DNA from: Acinetobacter phage nACB2
DNA: 64,000 nt
Reading direction: 5' to 3' (one strand)
Sequence record: OQ032512.1
A model generated the notes under the pieces. It saw nothing but the letters and a program-made list of their open reading frames with translations. It made no database searches and was not told where the DNA came from. Position numbers and translations under genes: made by a program. Positions 28,040 to 37,644 of the stretch are shown here, piece after piece (the stretch's first letter is position 1; the number at the start of each line of letters is the position of its first letter).

Positions 28040-28533
28040 ATAATTTAATACGAGTGTTCATTAAAATAATACCAAGATTATTAGCGCCGCAACCTGTTTT
28101 ATGGTCTACGCCCCAATAATTATCTTTCCACCAGTTACCTTCTATCAATGTCTTATCGTTAGTTGAAATCAACTTTTCTAACAAGTTTGGATTGTTTTCA
28201 AATTTCTTCAAAACTATAGATTGCATATACTTCAATCTGTTAGGTATGAATGAACTATCAAGTCGATGGTCTTTACCCTTTAGATCAAATTGTTCTTTAG
28301 CGAAGACTTTAGATTTTTTAGGAGACATTTTAGATACAAGACGTTTTGTCTCCATATCCAAGAACTTACAAGACTGATAAGCAGCTTCTGAACTAAAAAA
28401 ATTCAATATGAGCAATGATTATAGGCTTGTCCAATACCTGCATATTACTCAGATATTTGTTATCAGCATTGTCGTAGAAATTTCTGATTTCAGAATGTTC
28501 TTCTTTATACCAATCTTGAGATGTACTTTTCAT
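28017..28533 (-). pseudogene. NADAR/YbiA-family (DUF1768) gene interrupted by a +1 frameshift at a U7 run followed by UAG (about 28393-28401)
   Basis: An upstream 46-codon ORF (MKSTSQDWYKEEHSEIRNFYDNADNKYLSNMQVLDKPIIIAHIEFF*, ATG at 28533 with a GGAG Shine-Dalgarno) aligns to the YbiA N-terminus (NFY...FSNF...HYFQ). The downstream ORF (28017-28415) continues SSEAAYQSCKFLD...NYWGVDHKTGCGANNLGIILMNTR, matching the YbiA signature G.N.LG..LM..R. Deleting one T from the run fuses the two ORFs. Confidence 0.6.
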
Positions 28534-29759
28534 AAAGTCTCCAGTTATAACTCAACTGCGGTAACCAATTTGAAACCTACTCTAGACGATTGGCCAGACC
28601 ACTACCATCAATCTCAAACTGTTTTCACAATATTATGGTTTGCTCACCTTGTTCTGACTAGCGCCTGAAAGGTTATAACCTCTGTCTTCATCAGACATTA
28701 ACTAGCTAGTTGAACCACCTCACTTTTTCTGTCACGCCCCTAATGAACATAACCCCAGTAATCTCGGAATGAACCTTACAAACATCAATCTATCACCGCA
28801 GATAAATTATAAAACCGAATGACTCAACTCTATATAAATCAAATAAAAAGGAGTCAAAAGACTCCTAGCGTTTAAGATAGAATTGTGTGGCGGCGTGGTA
28901 GCTATCAACCTCTAGCTTTTCTTTACCTTTAACGCAAATAACGTTACCACTATGATTTTCCAAAACCATTTCATCGCTTGTTCTAAAGAATGAACCTCTT
29001 TCATATGTTTATCTCATGATCAGATTATTTATAAATTCCATTTCAACGTCTGTAATAAACAGCATCTAAATGGTCTATTTTTATACAGCTGTACTACCGT
29101 GTGAGACCTATAATTTAGTAATGGCTCTTGTCTAATATATACAAGGTTTCACCCCTTTCTCACATTCTTCCCATAAATCACAAGGTGATAATTCAGGAAA
29201 TTAAGAATGACACTTGACCAAGTGTATCTTCAAATGAATGAAGACTGATACTAGGAACCCAGATTTCAATTAAGGAAATCTCAACGCCTGAATGTTCAGC
29301 TGACGTTGCTCACACTGTATTACTACAGAATCAAGATAAAATCTCAACCTTATCATCATATAATGTTTAACGTGATCTGATGATCCAATACAATTATAGG
29401 GGTCAATCTGAACTTCAATTGTAAAGGCTTCCAAACACGGTAGTCTATCAGATTGATATTAGACAAATGGGCTTAATGAAGGAGAAAAATCTCAAGATGC
29501 CATTTGAATCAATTCAAATTTTTGAATTTTACCATTCTGACCACTTTCTCTCAAGTTTAGACCTTGAGGAAAACTAGACTGAACTTTTACGTCCAAGAAT
29601 CCTTGTCATGTGTATAGGTGAAAACATAAACAAGGCAACAAGCAAGGCTGATTATAAATCCTTTGTTTTTAAAAGTAAAGTATTTTTATTATTTGATTTT
29701 TATCTATATGATGGTCTTTACAGTAAAATAGCTGTATCATTCAAACAAGGAGCAATGAT

Positions 29760-30032
29760 ATGCCTATTATATTAGGATTGTTAATTGTCATAGGTGTGCT
29801 ATCGTACCTGTACTACGTTGAGCGTAAACGTAACCAATCTTACATTTCTCAAGATGAATCTGAGTTGCGTGGTTACGTTTATGCAACTGAACAACTTGAT
29901 GAACATTTCACAATTATGAAATTTGAAGAATTGAAATGTATGTCTGAAGTTTCTGTAGCTGGATATTCAAGATTCCACGAAGGTATCCGTAGAAAGCTAA
30001 AAGAAGTAAACGTTGAACATTTAGAGACATAA
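29760..30032 (+). CDS. small membrane protein
   Basis: N-terminal transmembrane segment MPIILGLLIVIGVLSYLYYV. Confidence 0.45.
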   Translation: MPIILGLLIVIGVLSYLYYVERKRNQSYISQDESELRGYVYATEQLDEHFTIMKFEELKCMSEVSVAGYSRFHEGIRRKLKEVNVEHLET

Positions 30033-30075
30033 TCCTTTATTTCAAACCTCAAATACATTAAAATAGGAGATTAGG

Positions 30076-30486
30076 GTGGATACTATTGTAATTTTTACAG
30101 CTATAATGCTGATAATGATGTCACCTATGGGAATATTATGGGTAGTGGCTTCTGACCATAAAAGAATAGTTGACGCTGAAAGTTTTAGACAACTATTACT
30201 TCGTGAAGACTTTGAAGATACAAAACATCTATTGTTTGGGCGACTAGGGTGGGCTGAAGCTTTAGAAGTTGATGAAGAAAATATGCTTTTCAAATACAAG
30301 TTTGAAGCTGACGGCGTTACTCTTTTTTCAAATCAAGATAAAGATGGATATGCTCTTTTAACAATAGATGCAGATAATCTTAGTTGGCAATCTACAAAGC
30401 AAACGAAAAGATCCATTTTACAATTTCACACTTATTTGCATTTTCGCAATTTCATTCAACAATTAAAGGCAAAAGATGAACATTAA
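30076..30486 (+). CDS. hypothetical protein with an N-terminal transmembrane helix
   Basis: 136 aa ORF. Confidence 0.4.
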   Translation: MDTIVIFTAIMLIMMSPMGILWVVASDHKRIVDAESFRQLLLREDFEDTKHLLFGRLGWAEALEVDEENMLFKYKFEADGVTLFSNQDKDGYALLTIDADNLSWQSTKQTKRSILQFHTYLHFRNFIQQLKAKDEH

Positions 30487-31036
30487 ACCTTTACAGTATC
30501 CGCAACAATTTCAAGAATTATTGACGCCGTTATCTATTCTTGAAATATGGACTGACGGCGGTGTGACAAACAACGGCAAAGAGAATTCATTTGGAGGGTG
30601 GTCATACGTAGCCATTAAACCAAATGAAAAGCCGAAAATTGGTTATTCTGAACACGTTCCTGGTATTGTTACCAACAACCGTTGTGAAATCATGGGCGTT
30701 ATGGCTGCAATAGTTGAATTCGCTAATCCAGAGTGTAAACTCATTGTGCATAGCGATTCTCAGTATGTAGTTAAGACGGTGAATGAATGGCGTCACGGCT
30801 GGAAGCGTAAAAACCCTGCTTTAATCAAGAATAAAGAACTCTTTGAACAACTATTTGATCTTGTGGATAAAAATCACGTAGAATTGAAGTGGGTGAAGGG
30901 TCATTCTACATGCGTTGGAAACAATATCGCAGACTTTTGGGCAACTAAGGCTATGCACAAACAAAAACCTTCTGACGCTCATCTAGAAAAGGCTGATATT
31001 ATCTACTACGAAAGCGTGGAAGGGTTTTCAATATGA
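30476..31036 (+). CDS. ribonuclease HI (bacterial RnhA type)
   Basis: IWTDGG...CEIMGV...VHSDSQYV...KGHST..GNNIADFWA carries the D-E-D-D catalytic motifs of RNase HI. Confidence 0.8.
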   Translation: MNIKPLQYPQQFQELLTPLSILEIWTDGGVTNNGKENSFGGWSYVAIKPNEKPKIGYSEHVPGIVTNNRCEIMGVMAAIVEFANPECKLIVHSDSQYVVKTVNEWRHGWKRKNPALIKNKELFEQLFDLVDKNHVELKWVKGHSTCVGNNIADFWATKAMHKQKPSDAHLEKADIIYYESVEGFSI

Positions 31037-31623
31037 GCAAACAAAATTACGTTGACAATGAAAGACTCTCAGACGACATATTAGACTGGGTTGGAAAATA
31101 TAATGACGCAATGTCTGCAGGTCTTCCTAAACCTAGAATACCAGAACGCGTTGGAAGAGATATATTGTTAATTGCTGTCAACCTTGCGCGCCTTCCTAAA
31201 TTCAACCGTTACACTTGGTTGGAAGAAATGGTTGGCGATGCTGTAGAGAATACCTTAAAATACCTACATAATTTTAATGGCGGCGTATCAACAAGAATCG
31301 GTAAACCTAATGCTTTCAGCTGGATCACTATTTCTATGGAACGCGTGTTCTATGATCGCATAGAAAGTGAGAACAGACAACTCTATTATCGCAACAAGAT
31401 GGGCGTTGAAGCATTTGATGAAATGGGAAGCGAAATTGAGAATGGCGATCTAGGTTCTGCTGATACAACTCAGAAAATTTCAAATGATATGCGAGAACGC
31501 GTTGGAAGCTATGAACAACAACAACGCAAAAGAAAAGAGAAAGAACGCCAGAAACAGGATGAAAAGAAACAATCTGTTCCTACTGGTACAATTTCTCTAT
31601 CAGAACTGTTTTTGTCGGAGTGA
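31033..31623 (+). CDS. 55: late-transcription sigma factor (gp55-like)
   Basis: NYVDNERLSDDILDW and LKYLHNFNG parallel T4 gp55 YNYVNNKELLQAIIDW and GLHNFD. Confidence 0.8.
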   Translation: MSKQNYVDNERLSDDILDWVGKYNDAMSAGLPKPRIPERVGRDILLIAVNLARLPKFNRYTWLEEMVGDAVENTLKYLHNFNGGVSTRIGKPNAFSWITISMERVFYDRIESENRQLYYRNKMGVEAFDEMGSEIENGDLGSADTTQKISNDMRERVGSYEQQQRKRKEKERQKQDEKKQSVPTGTISLSELFLSE

Positions 31624-31953
31624 ATGATGATATCTTTAATTTCTGAATCTAAAACACCTCGTCTTGGAACTGCGACTTCAAAACGTCTTGATGAGATGTC
31701 TCAACTGAAGTCATTCATTACCAAAACACCAACTAATGGTTATTCGTATGAAATAAAAAGTAGCTCTCAAGCCTACGAGGGCGGATTTTTCTCAGACGAA
31801 CTTTTGAAAATAGCTGAGACGGTTCCTTCAAATTTAGATCGAATTATAGCCCAGAAAAGTGCTATACAAGCTCGTGAATATCACAACAACCGTCATCTAG
31901 ATGGTCTTAGCGACTATGAAAGACATTTCTGGAAGAAATGTCCAGAATGGTAG
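31624..31953 (+). CDS. hypothetical protein
   Basis: 109 aa ORF. Confidence 0.4.
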   Translation: MMISLISESKTPRLGTATSKRLDEMSQLKSFITKTPTNGYSYEIKSSSQAYEGGFFSDELLKIAETVPSNLDRIIAQKSAIQAREYHNNRHLDGLSDYERHFWKKCPEW

Positions 31954-32094
31954 ACTATAGGACGAAGGGGCGATCTAATCCATCAATAAATATAGAACGC
32001 GATAGATTTCATCTAGATCGAGCATTGGATAATATGTATAATATGTCATATCCAATGAAGCGCGTGTTGTTAGATTTCTACAATCGTTAAAAAA

Positions 32095-32120
32095 GGGGCT
32101 TGCGCCCCTTTTTTAATCCA
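32095..32120. terminator. GGGGC-ttgc-GCCCC hairpin with flanking A/T runs (bidirectional, between convergent genes); identical core at 61670-61694
   Basis: aaaaaggggcttgcgcccctttttta. Confidence 0.6.
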
Positions 32121-32123
32121 CAT

Positions 32124-33272
32124 TTAACGCAAAGAACCAACATCTTCAGGGTTGAAACGAGCACCGAAGTCTCTAGCATGGGCTACGGCGTTGTCCAATA
32201 ATTCAAAATCATCATCGTCCACTAATTCGCCCATCCAATTGGTAATTTGGAGGTTGTAATAGCATTTACCTTCTTCATCATGGAGTTTGAAAATACTCGC
32301 TTCGCAATCCCCATATTGCCCGCAGTTCTTGGCTGTAATGAAGGCTGCGTCTTCATATGATTCGTCAAGACGGTATTGCGCTTCATTCAACTTTTTGTAT
32401 ACGGCGTAGTCTTTGTCTTTAACGAAGTCAATGATTTCAGAGAATGACTTATCAATCTTGAACGCCTTGACACTTCCGTTTACTTGGAAAGCAGCCTTCC
32501 AACGGTGATGCCCATCCACAATTACTTTATCATTGGAGATAACAATTGGCTTTTTATCCCAACTTTTTTCAGCTACAATACTGTTTACCTTTTCCATATT
32601 GAATTCTGACTGAGATGGAACCAGTTGATCAGAAAGGTATTCACCTTCATCTACATTGATACCATACTTTTTCAGATCAACGATAAACTTGTCGAGTTCA
32701 AGTTGAGGTAGGTTCTGGCGTTTATGGAAATTTTCATTTAAACCAATAGCGTAGAAATCGCCTACGTGTTTATTGATCCATTCAATAGGCTTGTCAGGGT
32801 TGTCGCCATTAAATGACTCTTTTTCTGAACCGTATTCAAGAGTGAATGAGTATAGACTAGAGTAAGTCATTTTAACTTCACCAGAGTCTGGATCTTCTGG
32901 AACAAAGAATACAGTAGTGTAAGCGTCTTCAGGTTTTGATTGCCAACCTGCATCGTAGAATGCTTTACGCAAACGAGTAGCGCACGCTGATGTTTCTTCG
33001 CCCCAGTCTGAACGTTCGTTCAGAGGTACTTCTTGACCTTCATTCAATTGTTTTTCAGAGAAGTCGTAGACCAAATCGCAACCTTCCAAAGTATAACCTT
33101 CAGTTAGACCAATTTTTTCTGCAATTTTATCCAAAGCAATCTTATTAGGGTGCGAAAATTTAAATGAGGAATCAGTTGACTCAGTAACAAGAGCAGCGCC
33201 CATATAGAGCATTGCAACTTTATTCAAACCCAGACTTGCTACTCGCTCATTAAAGGCGCTAATTTTGTCCAT
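32124..33272 (-). CDS. protein with a C-terminal ParB/Srx-like nuclease domain
   Basis: KVIVDGHHRWKAAFQ carries the DGHHR motif of the ParB N-terminal nuclease fold. The roughly 250 aa N-terminal domain is unknown. Confidence 0.45.
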   Translation of the reverse strand: MDKISAFNERVASLGLNKVAMLYMGAALVTESTDSSFKFSHPNKIALDKIAEKIGLTEGYTLEGCDLVYDFSEKQLNEGQEVPLNERSDWGEETSACATRLRKAFYDAGWQSKPEDAYTTVFFVPEDPDSGEVKMTYSSLYSFTLEYGSEKESFNGDNPDKPIEWINKHVGDFYAIGLNENFHKRQNLPQLELDKFIVDLKKYGINVDEGEYLSDQLVPSQSEFNMEKVNSIVAEKSWDKKPIVISNDKVIVDGHHRWKAAFQVNGSVKAFKIDKSFSEIIDFVKDKDYAVYKKLNEAQYRLDESYEDAAFITAKNCGQYGDCEASIFKLHDEEGKCYYNLQITNWMGELVDDDDFELLDNAVAHARDFGARFNPEDVGSLR

Positions 33273-33359
33273 TTTGATACACTCGTATTTGATTTTAGAA
33301 AATAAAGCTATTATGAGTTATACTAAGGGTGAATTATACAAACAGAGATTCAATAACTC

Positions 33360-33764
33360 ATGTCTTTTACAAAACTCTTTCCTCATGTTGCATCAGGTAT
33401 CGTAGCTTGGGCAAACGAAAACAACATTGTTTGTCATATTAGTTGCGACACAAACCGCGTAGAAGGTCTACCAGCTACTATCACTAAGAAATATCCCGAT
33501 GCAATCACTTTATCTATTGGTGATGAAGCTACTAAAGGTTCTCTGGACGTAAATCAAGAATCAATGATTTTCAATTGTCGATTCAATGGAACTGAGACGC
33601 GTGTAGTTGCACCTCTAGAATGTATTCAATTTTTGAGCGTTCCTGATGCTGGAATGATTGTCGGTAATGAAGTTTATACTGATGTCAATCAGAAAAAGCC
33701 TTCAGATGAAATTACCTTCTCTGAACCTGTTAAACCTAAATCTAAATTGCGCATTGTGGAGTAA
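33360..33764 (+). CDS. hypothetical protein
   Basis: 134 aa ORF. Confidence 0.4.
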   Translation: MSFTKLFPHVASGIVAWANENNIVCHISCDTNRVEGLPATITKKYPDAITLSIGDEATKGSLDVNQESMIFNCRFNGTETRVVAPLECIQFLSVPDAGMIVGNEVYTDVNQKKPSDEITFSEPVKPKSKLRIVE

Positions 33765-33767
33765 TAC

Positions 33768-34880
33768 ATGCTAGTAATTCCAGAAATTGTCATTGAAAGT
33801 CCAAAAATAGCGATGATTGGAGACCTCCACTTCGGTATTAAAAACGGCGACAAATACTTCCTAGACTTCCAAGTGAAGTATATGAAGCGTAAACTAGACA
33901 TGCTAGCAGGTATGGGAATAAAACAGTTATTTCAAGCTGGTGATGCCTTAGATAACCGCAAGCGCACAGAGACAAATGTAATTAATGCAGTTCAAGAAGT
34001 TTGTGCATATGCAGCTGAGCTGGGTATTGAAATTGTATTCATCGTAGGTAATCACAATACTTTCTATACCGATACAAACGCCGTTCATAATTTGAACATT
34101 GTGACACATATGTCTAATGTGAAAATAGTGGAAGAATATAGTCACGGCGTTTCTAAGCTTGATGGAAGTCCTGTCATTCTTTTGTTGGGATGGATTCATA
34201 AGAATAACCACGATGCACTAATGGAAGCTGTAGAACAGTCTACAGCGCCTTACTGTCTAATGCACGCTGAATTCGATGGATTCGAGATGTATAAAGGCAT
34301 TGAAGCAAAAGGCGGTATGTCTATTGTACCATTCCGTAAGTTTAAACGCGTTCTATCTGGTCATTATCATACCGTTTCTAGTAACGGAAATGTAGAATAT
34401 CTTGGTTCGCCATACGCTCTGACATGGATGGACTGGGTTGATGGAGTTAATCGTGGTCTATTCATTTTAGATGTTACTACAGATGAATTCAACTTCATAC
34501 GCAATGAAGAACATGAAACTCTGTTTGTGACGCATGAATATGACGGCGCTATTGTGTATGATGAATTCTTCTTTGAAAAATTCAAAAACAAAGTGGTGAA
34601 GTTCTTTGTCAAAGAAGTCGCTGACCCTAAGCACTACGACAAATTTGTGAAGTTGGTGAACAGCGTACCTTATATTGATCGACGTATCATTGATGAGCGC
34701 GAACTAGCTGTTATAGAGCACGCTGCAATTGATATTCGTTCAATGAATCTTACTCCAGCAAAAGTTATTGATGATTATGTTCGTGAAGAAGCTATAGTCA
34801 ATAAATTGAATCCGGATGACGTAGCAAAAGAAGCGTTATCATTATATCAGTCGGCTCTCGAAGAGCAATCAAAGGTATAA
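33768..34880 (+). CDS. 47: recombination endonuclease subunit (Mre11/SbcD-like, gp47)
   Basis: Phosphoesterase motifs IGDLHFG, AGDALD and GNHN. Confidence 0.85.
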   Translation: MLVIPEIVIESPKIAMIGDLHFGIKNGDKYFLDFQVKYMKRKLDMLAGMGIKQLFQAGDALDNRKRTETNVINAVQEVCAYAAELGIEIVFIVGNHNTFYTDTNAVHNLNIVTHMSNVKIVEEYSHGVSKLDGSPVILLLGWIHKNNHDALMEAVEQSTAPYCLMHAEFDGFEMYKGIEAKGGMSIVPFRKFKRVLSGHYHTVSSNGNVEYLGSPYALTWMDWVDGVNRGLFILDVTTDEFNFIRNEEHETLFVTHEYDGAIVYDEFFFEKFKNKVVKFFVKEVADPKHYDKFVKLVNSVPYIDRRIIDERELAVIEHAAIDIRSMNLTPAKVIDDYVREEAIVNKLNPDDVAKEALSLYQSALEEQSKV

Positions 34881-34884
34881 TATC

Positions 34885-35235
34885 ATGAAACTATTTCCGC
34901 TCATCGCATCTATATCTGTGGTACATCTTTTCCGTAATAAACAGATGGACATCGTGAAGCTTTCAAAGGCTTCTTTAACGTACAAAGAATGTTGTTTAGA
35001 ATGTAATCCATCTATTGTTCGCATGAATTCTGTGCACGGATACGTTACAGAAGAGCAATTCAATCATTTGAAACAGTATAATGATCAGCGTATGGCTATT
35101 TGGACGAAATATAACGAAGATATGAAAGCCATCGAAGATCAATATAAGATGGACGTTCAGACCTTTAAAGAAATTAATGATTCAAAAGGCTTAACCATCG
35201 AAAAGCAATTGGCTAACACTACGGAAAAACAATAA
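34885..35235 (+). CDS. hypothetical protein between genes 47 and 46
   Basis: 116 aa ORF. Confidence 0.4.
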   Translation: MKLFPLIASISVVHLFRNKQMDIVKLSKASLTYKECCLECNPSIVRMNSVHGYVTEEQFNHLKQYNDQRMAIWTKYNEDMKAIEDQYKMDVQTFKEINDSKGLTIEKQLANTTEKQ

Positions 35236-37373
35236 TGTCTCATATCAATTTCAAATCTCTTGAAGCAAAGAACTTTCGTTCCATTGACAACATGGGTTTA
35301 AAAGTAGATTTTAAGAGTGGGAAAACCACTCTAGTTGCATCTACCGACAATGGATCTGGTAAATCTTCCATTTGGCGCGACGCCTTGTTCTATGCCTTGT
35401 TTGATAAACCGTATGCCAAGGGGCAGTCAAAGACACAGCTTATCAACTCGCGCTCAGGTAACAAACTGTACGTCAAATTGCAATTTGAAAAGGGTGGCGT
35501 TGACTACATCATTGAACGCGGACAAAAACCTTCTGTTTTTGAAATCACGGTAGATGGAGAAAAGTTGAATAAAGAAGCAGTTGATTTTCAAAAGACTCTT
35601 CTCGATATTCTTGGTGCAGATGAAAAGCTATTCTCTAACAGTATCATCTTGGGCGCGGACAAATTTGTACCGTTCACCAATATGGGGGCTGAAGAGCGCC
35701 GTCGCTTTGGAGATCAGATGCTCGATCTCATTGTAATAACAAAGATGAGCGCCTTGAACAAAGAACGATTGAAGGAGGTGAACCAAAATATTACTTCCAC
35801 AAATCAAAATTTATCCATTTTGGAGACGCGTCAGACAGGCATTGAAGCTATTATCAGCGCTAAAAAGGCTAACTCAGTTGATCTTCAGAATCGCATCCAA
35901 GAAGACATAAACAACCTAGAGTCAGACAAAGCAGCATATGAGCATGATAAAAACGTAGCTGAATCCGACGTTTCTTCTCTAGAGGAGTACGTTGAAGAGA
36001 AAAGAACTGCTAAAGCTCAACAAGAACAGGTATTGTTAGAAAAATACAAACCTCTTATTGAAGAAGCGCGCAAAGGCATTGCTGAAGCTGAGAATCTAAG
36101 TGCAGATGAATTAACTGTTTGTGTTAACAGCCTTCAGGATAGTCTTAATCAATGTATGATGTCTATCACTAAAGAAGAGAAGACAATCGCTGAACAACGC
36201 AAACTCTTCAAAGAACAATTCGATACGCGTCAAAAATACGAAGATATGGTAGTGGCTCTGAAGAATAAACTTTCAGAGTTGAAAGAGCCAAATAAAGATG
36301 AACCGTGTTCTCATTGCGGCGGTATAGTAGGTGAACAGTACTATCAAAAGCATCTTGATGAATATAACGCTAAGCGCCAGAAGCTGGAAGATGGTATAAA
36401 AGCAGCAGAAATGAAGGTTCAAGAAGGCGTGAACCTAGATTCTCTGTTTGCTCAATGGGAAGAACACTGCGAGAATGAACTCGAAGGTTATCGCAAAGAG
36501 CAGAAACAACTTTCTGAAGAATTGAATGACGCTAAGGTGAACCGTGGTACATTTGAGAGCGATCGTCATAAAAAGATTTCAGACGCTAAGCATAAGTTGT
36601 CACAAGTCCAAGCTGATCTTACTCGCGAAACTCAAGAAATTATCAATCCATTAACTCAAGAACTGAATAAAGTCATTTCTGATCTAGGTTACAAGCGTCA
36701 AGATGTAGAGCGCCTTAATGGTCTTATGGACAAACTACATCAAAACATTCTGTCTAAACAACAACAGTTAGAATCCGCGAAGAACAACAGCTCTTATTCA
36801 ACTGAGGAAGCTGATTTGGTTGAGTGTCAGCATGAAATCAATGAACACAAAAACATTCTGGATGAATGCTACAAAAAGCAAGCTATCGCTAATCTTTTGA
36901 CGCAATCTCTAAAAGACGACGGCATCAAAGCCAAGTTGGTTGAAAATTATCTACCGTATATCAATGATCGTATCAATTTCTATCTTGAAAAGATGAATTT
37001 CTTTGTACGCATTGAGCTGAACCGTGAATATGAATTGGAAATGTTTGCTCCAGAGCGTAAGGGGCAAAATATCCATTGTTTATCAGCTGGTCAGCAGAAG
37101 CGTATCGATCTGTCTGTACTACTTGCGTGGCGCGATCTAGCTCGTCAGGCGTCCACTAATAGTTGTAACATTCTTATCATGGATGAGTTATTAGAAGCGA
37201 TGTCGGAGTCAGGTATCATTGACTTCATGGAAATGTGGCGTACTATTGAAGAATCGAAGTACACTAATCTTGTGGTCATTACTCAACGTAAAGCTGAATT
37301 TGAACCTCTGTTCGATGAGTGTAAAATGTACAAGTTGGTTGATTTAGCAACAGTGGAGATTGAAAATGAGTAA
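35235..37373 (+). CDS. 46: recombination endonuclease ATPase subunit (Rad50/SbcC-like, gp46)
   Basis: Walker A STDNGSGKSS, long coiled-coil with a zinc hook CSHCGG, ABC signature LSAGQQKR, Walker B ILIMDE. Confidence 0.9.
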   Translation: MSHINFKSLEAKNFRSIDNMGLKVDFKSGKTTLVASTDNGSGKSSIWRDALFYALFDKPYAKGQSKTQLINSRSGNKLYVKLQFEKGGVDYIIERGQKPSVFEITVDGEKLNKEAVDFQKTLLDILGADEKLFSNSIILGADKFVPFTNMGAEERRRFGDQMLDLIVITKMSALNKERLKEVNQNITSTNQNLSILETRQTGIEAIISAKKANSVDLQNRIQEDINNLESDKAAYEHDKNVAESDVSSLEEYVEEKRTAKAQQEQVLLEKYKPLIEEARKGIAEAENLSADELTVCVNSLQDSLNQCMMSITKEEKTIAEQRKLFKEQFDTRQKYEDMVVALKNKLSELKEPNKDEPCSHCGGIVGEQYYQKHLDEYNAKRQKLEDGIKAAEMKVQEGVNLDSLFAQWEEHCENELEGYRKEQKQLSEELNDAKVNRGTFESDRHKKISDAKHKLSQVQADLTRETQEIINPLTQELNKVISDLGYKRQDVERLNGLMDKLHQNILSKQQQLESAKNNSSYSTEEADLVECQHEINEHKNILDECYKKQAIANLLTQSLKDDGIKAKLVENYLPYINDRINFYLEKMNFFVRIELNREYELEMFAPERKGQNIHCLSAGQQKRIDLSVLLAWRDLARQASTNSCNILIMDELLEAMSESGIIDFMEMWRTIEESKYTNLVVITQRKAEFEPLFDECKMYKLVDLATVEIENE

Positions 37374-37581
37374 TCTTGTTGTATTAAAGGAAGGACGTTG
37401 GATTGTAGATATATCTCAGGTTGCGTCTGTGTTTATCACTAAACGATGCGATAATATCTACGTCGCGTTGAAAGGATGTGAAGAAATGGAACGCTTCTAT
37501 GACACCAAAGCGGAATGCGAAATTGACTACAAAGTTTTATCAGAAGCGCTTTTATCGCATCACGCAGAAACAGAAATTTGA
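37360..37581 (+). CDS. hypothetical small protein
   Basis: 73 aa ORF. Confidence 0.35.
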   Translation: MKMSNLVVLKEGRWIVDISQVASVFITKRCDNIYVALKGCEEMERFYDTKAECEIDYKVLSEALLSHHAETEI

Positions 37582-37598
37582 TTTAGAATGAAAACAAA

Positions 37599-37634
37599 CC
37601 CTGAGATTATAATAGTCTCAGGGTTTTTATTTTT
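37599..37634 (+). terminator. CCCTGAG-attataatagt-CTCAGGG hairpin plus T-run; the loop contains TATAAT
   Basis: Related copy at 38185-38217. Confidence 0.55.
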
Positions 37635-37644
37635 GGATAATACA

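Noticed and set aside
28829-28840. T4-type late promoter TATAAATA
   Set aside because: The sequence is TATATAAATC; the last position differs from the strict TATAAATA consensus, and no late gene lies immediately downstream.
37588-37644. Track start of ORF 37588-37839 (MKTNPEIIIVSGFLFLD...)
   Set aside because: That start would translate the CCCTGAG...CTCAGGG terminator hairpin and T-run. An internal ATG after the terminator is more plausible.
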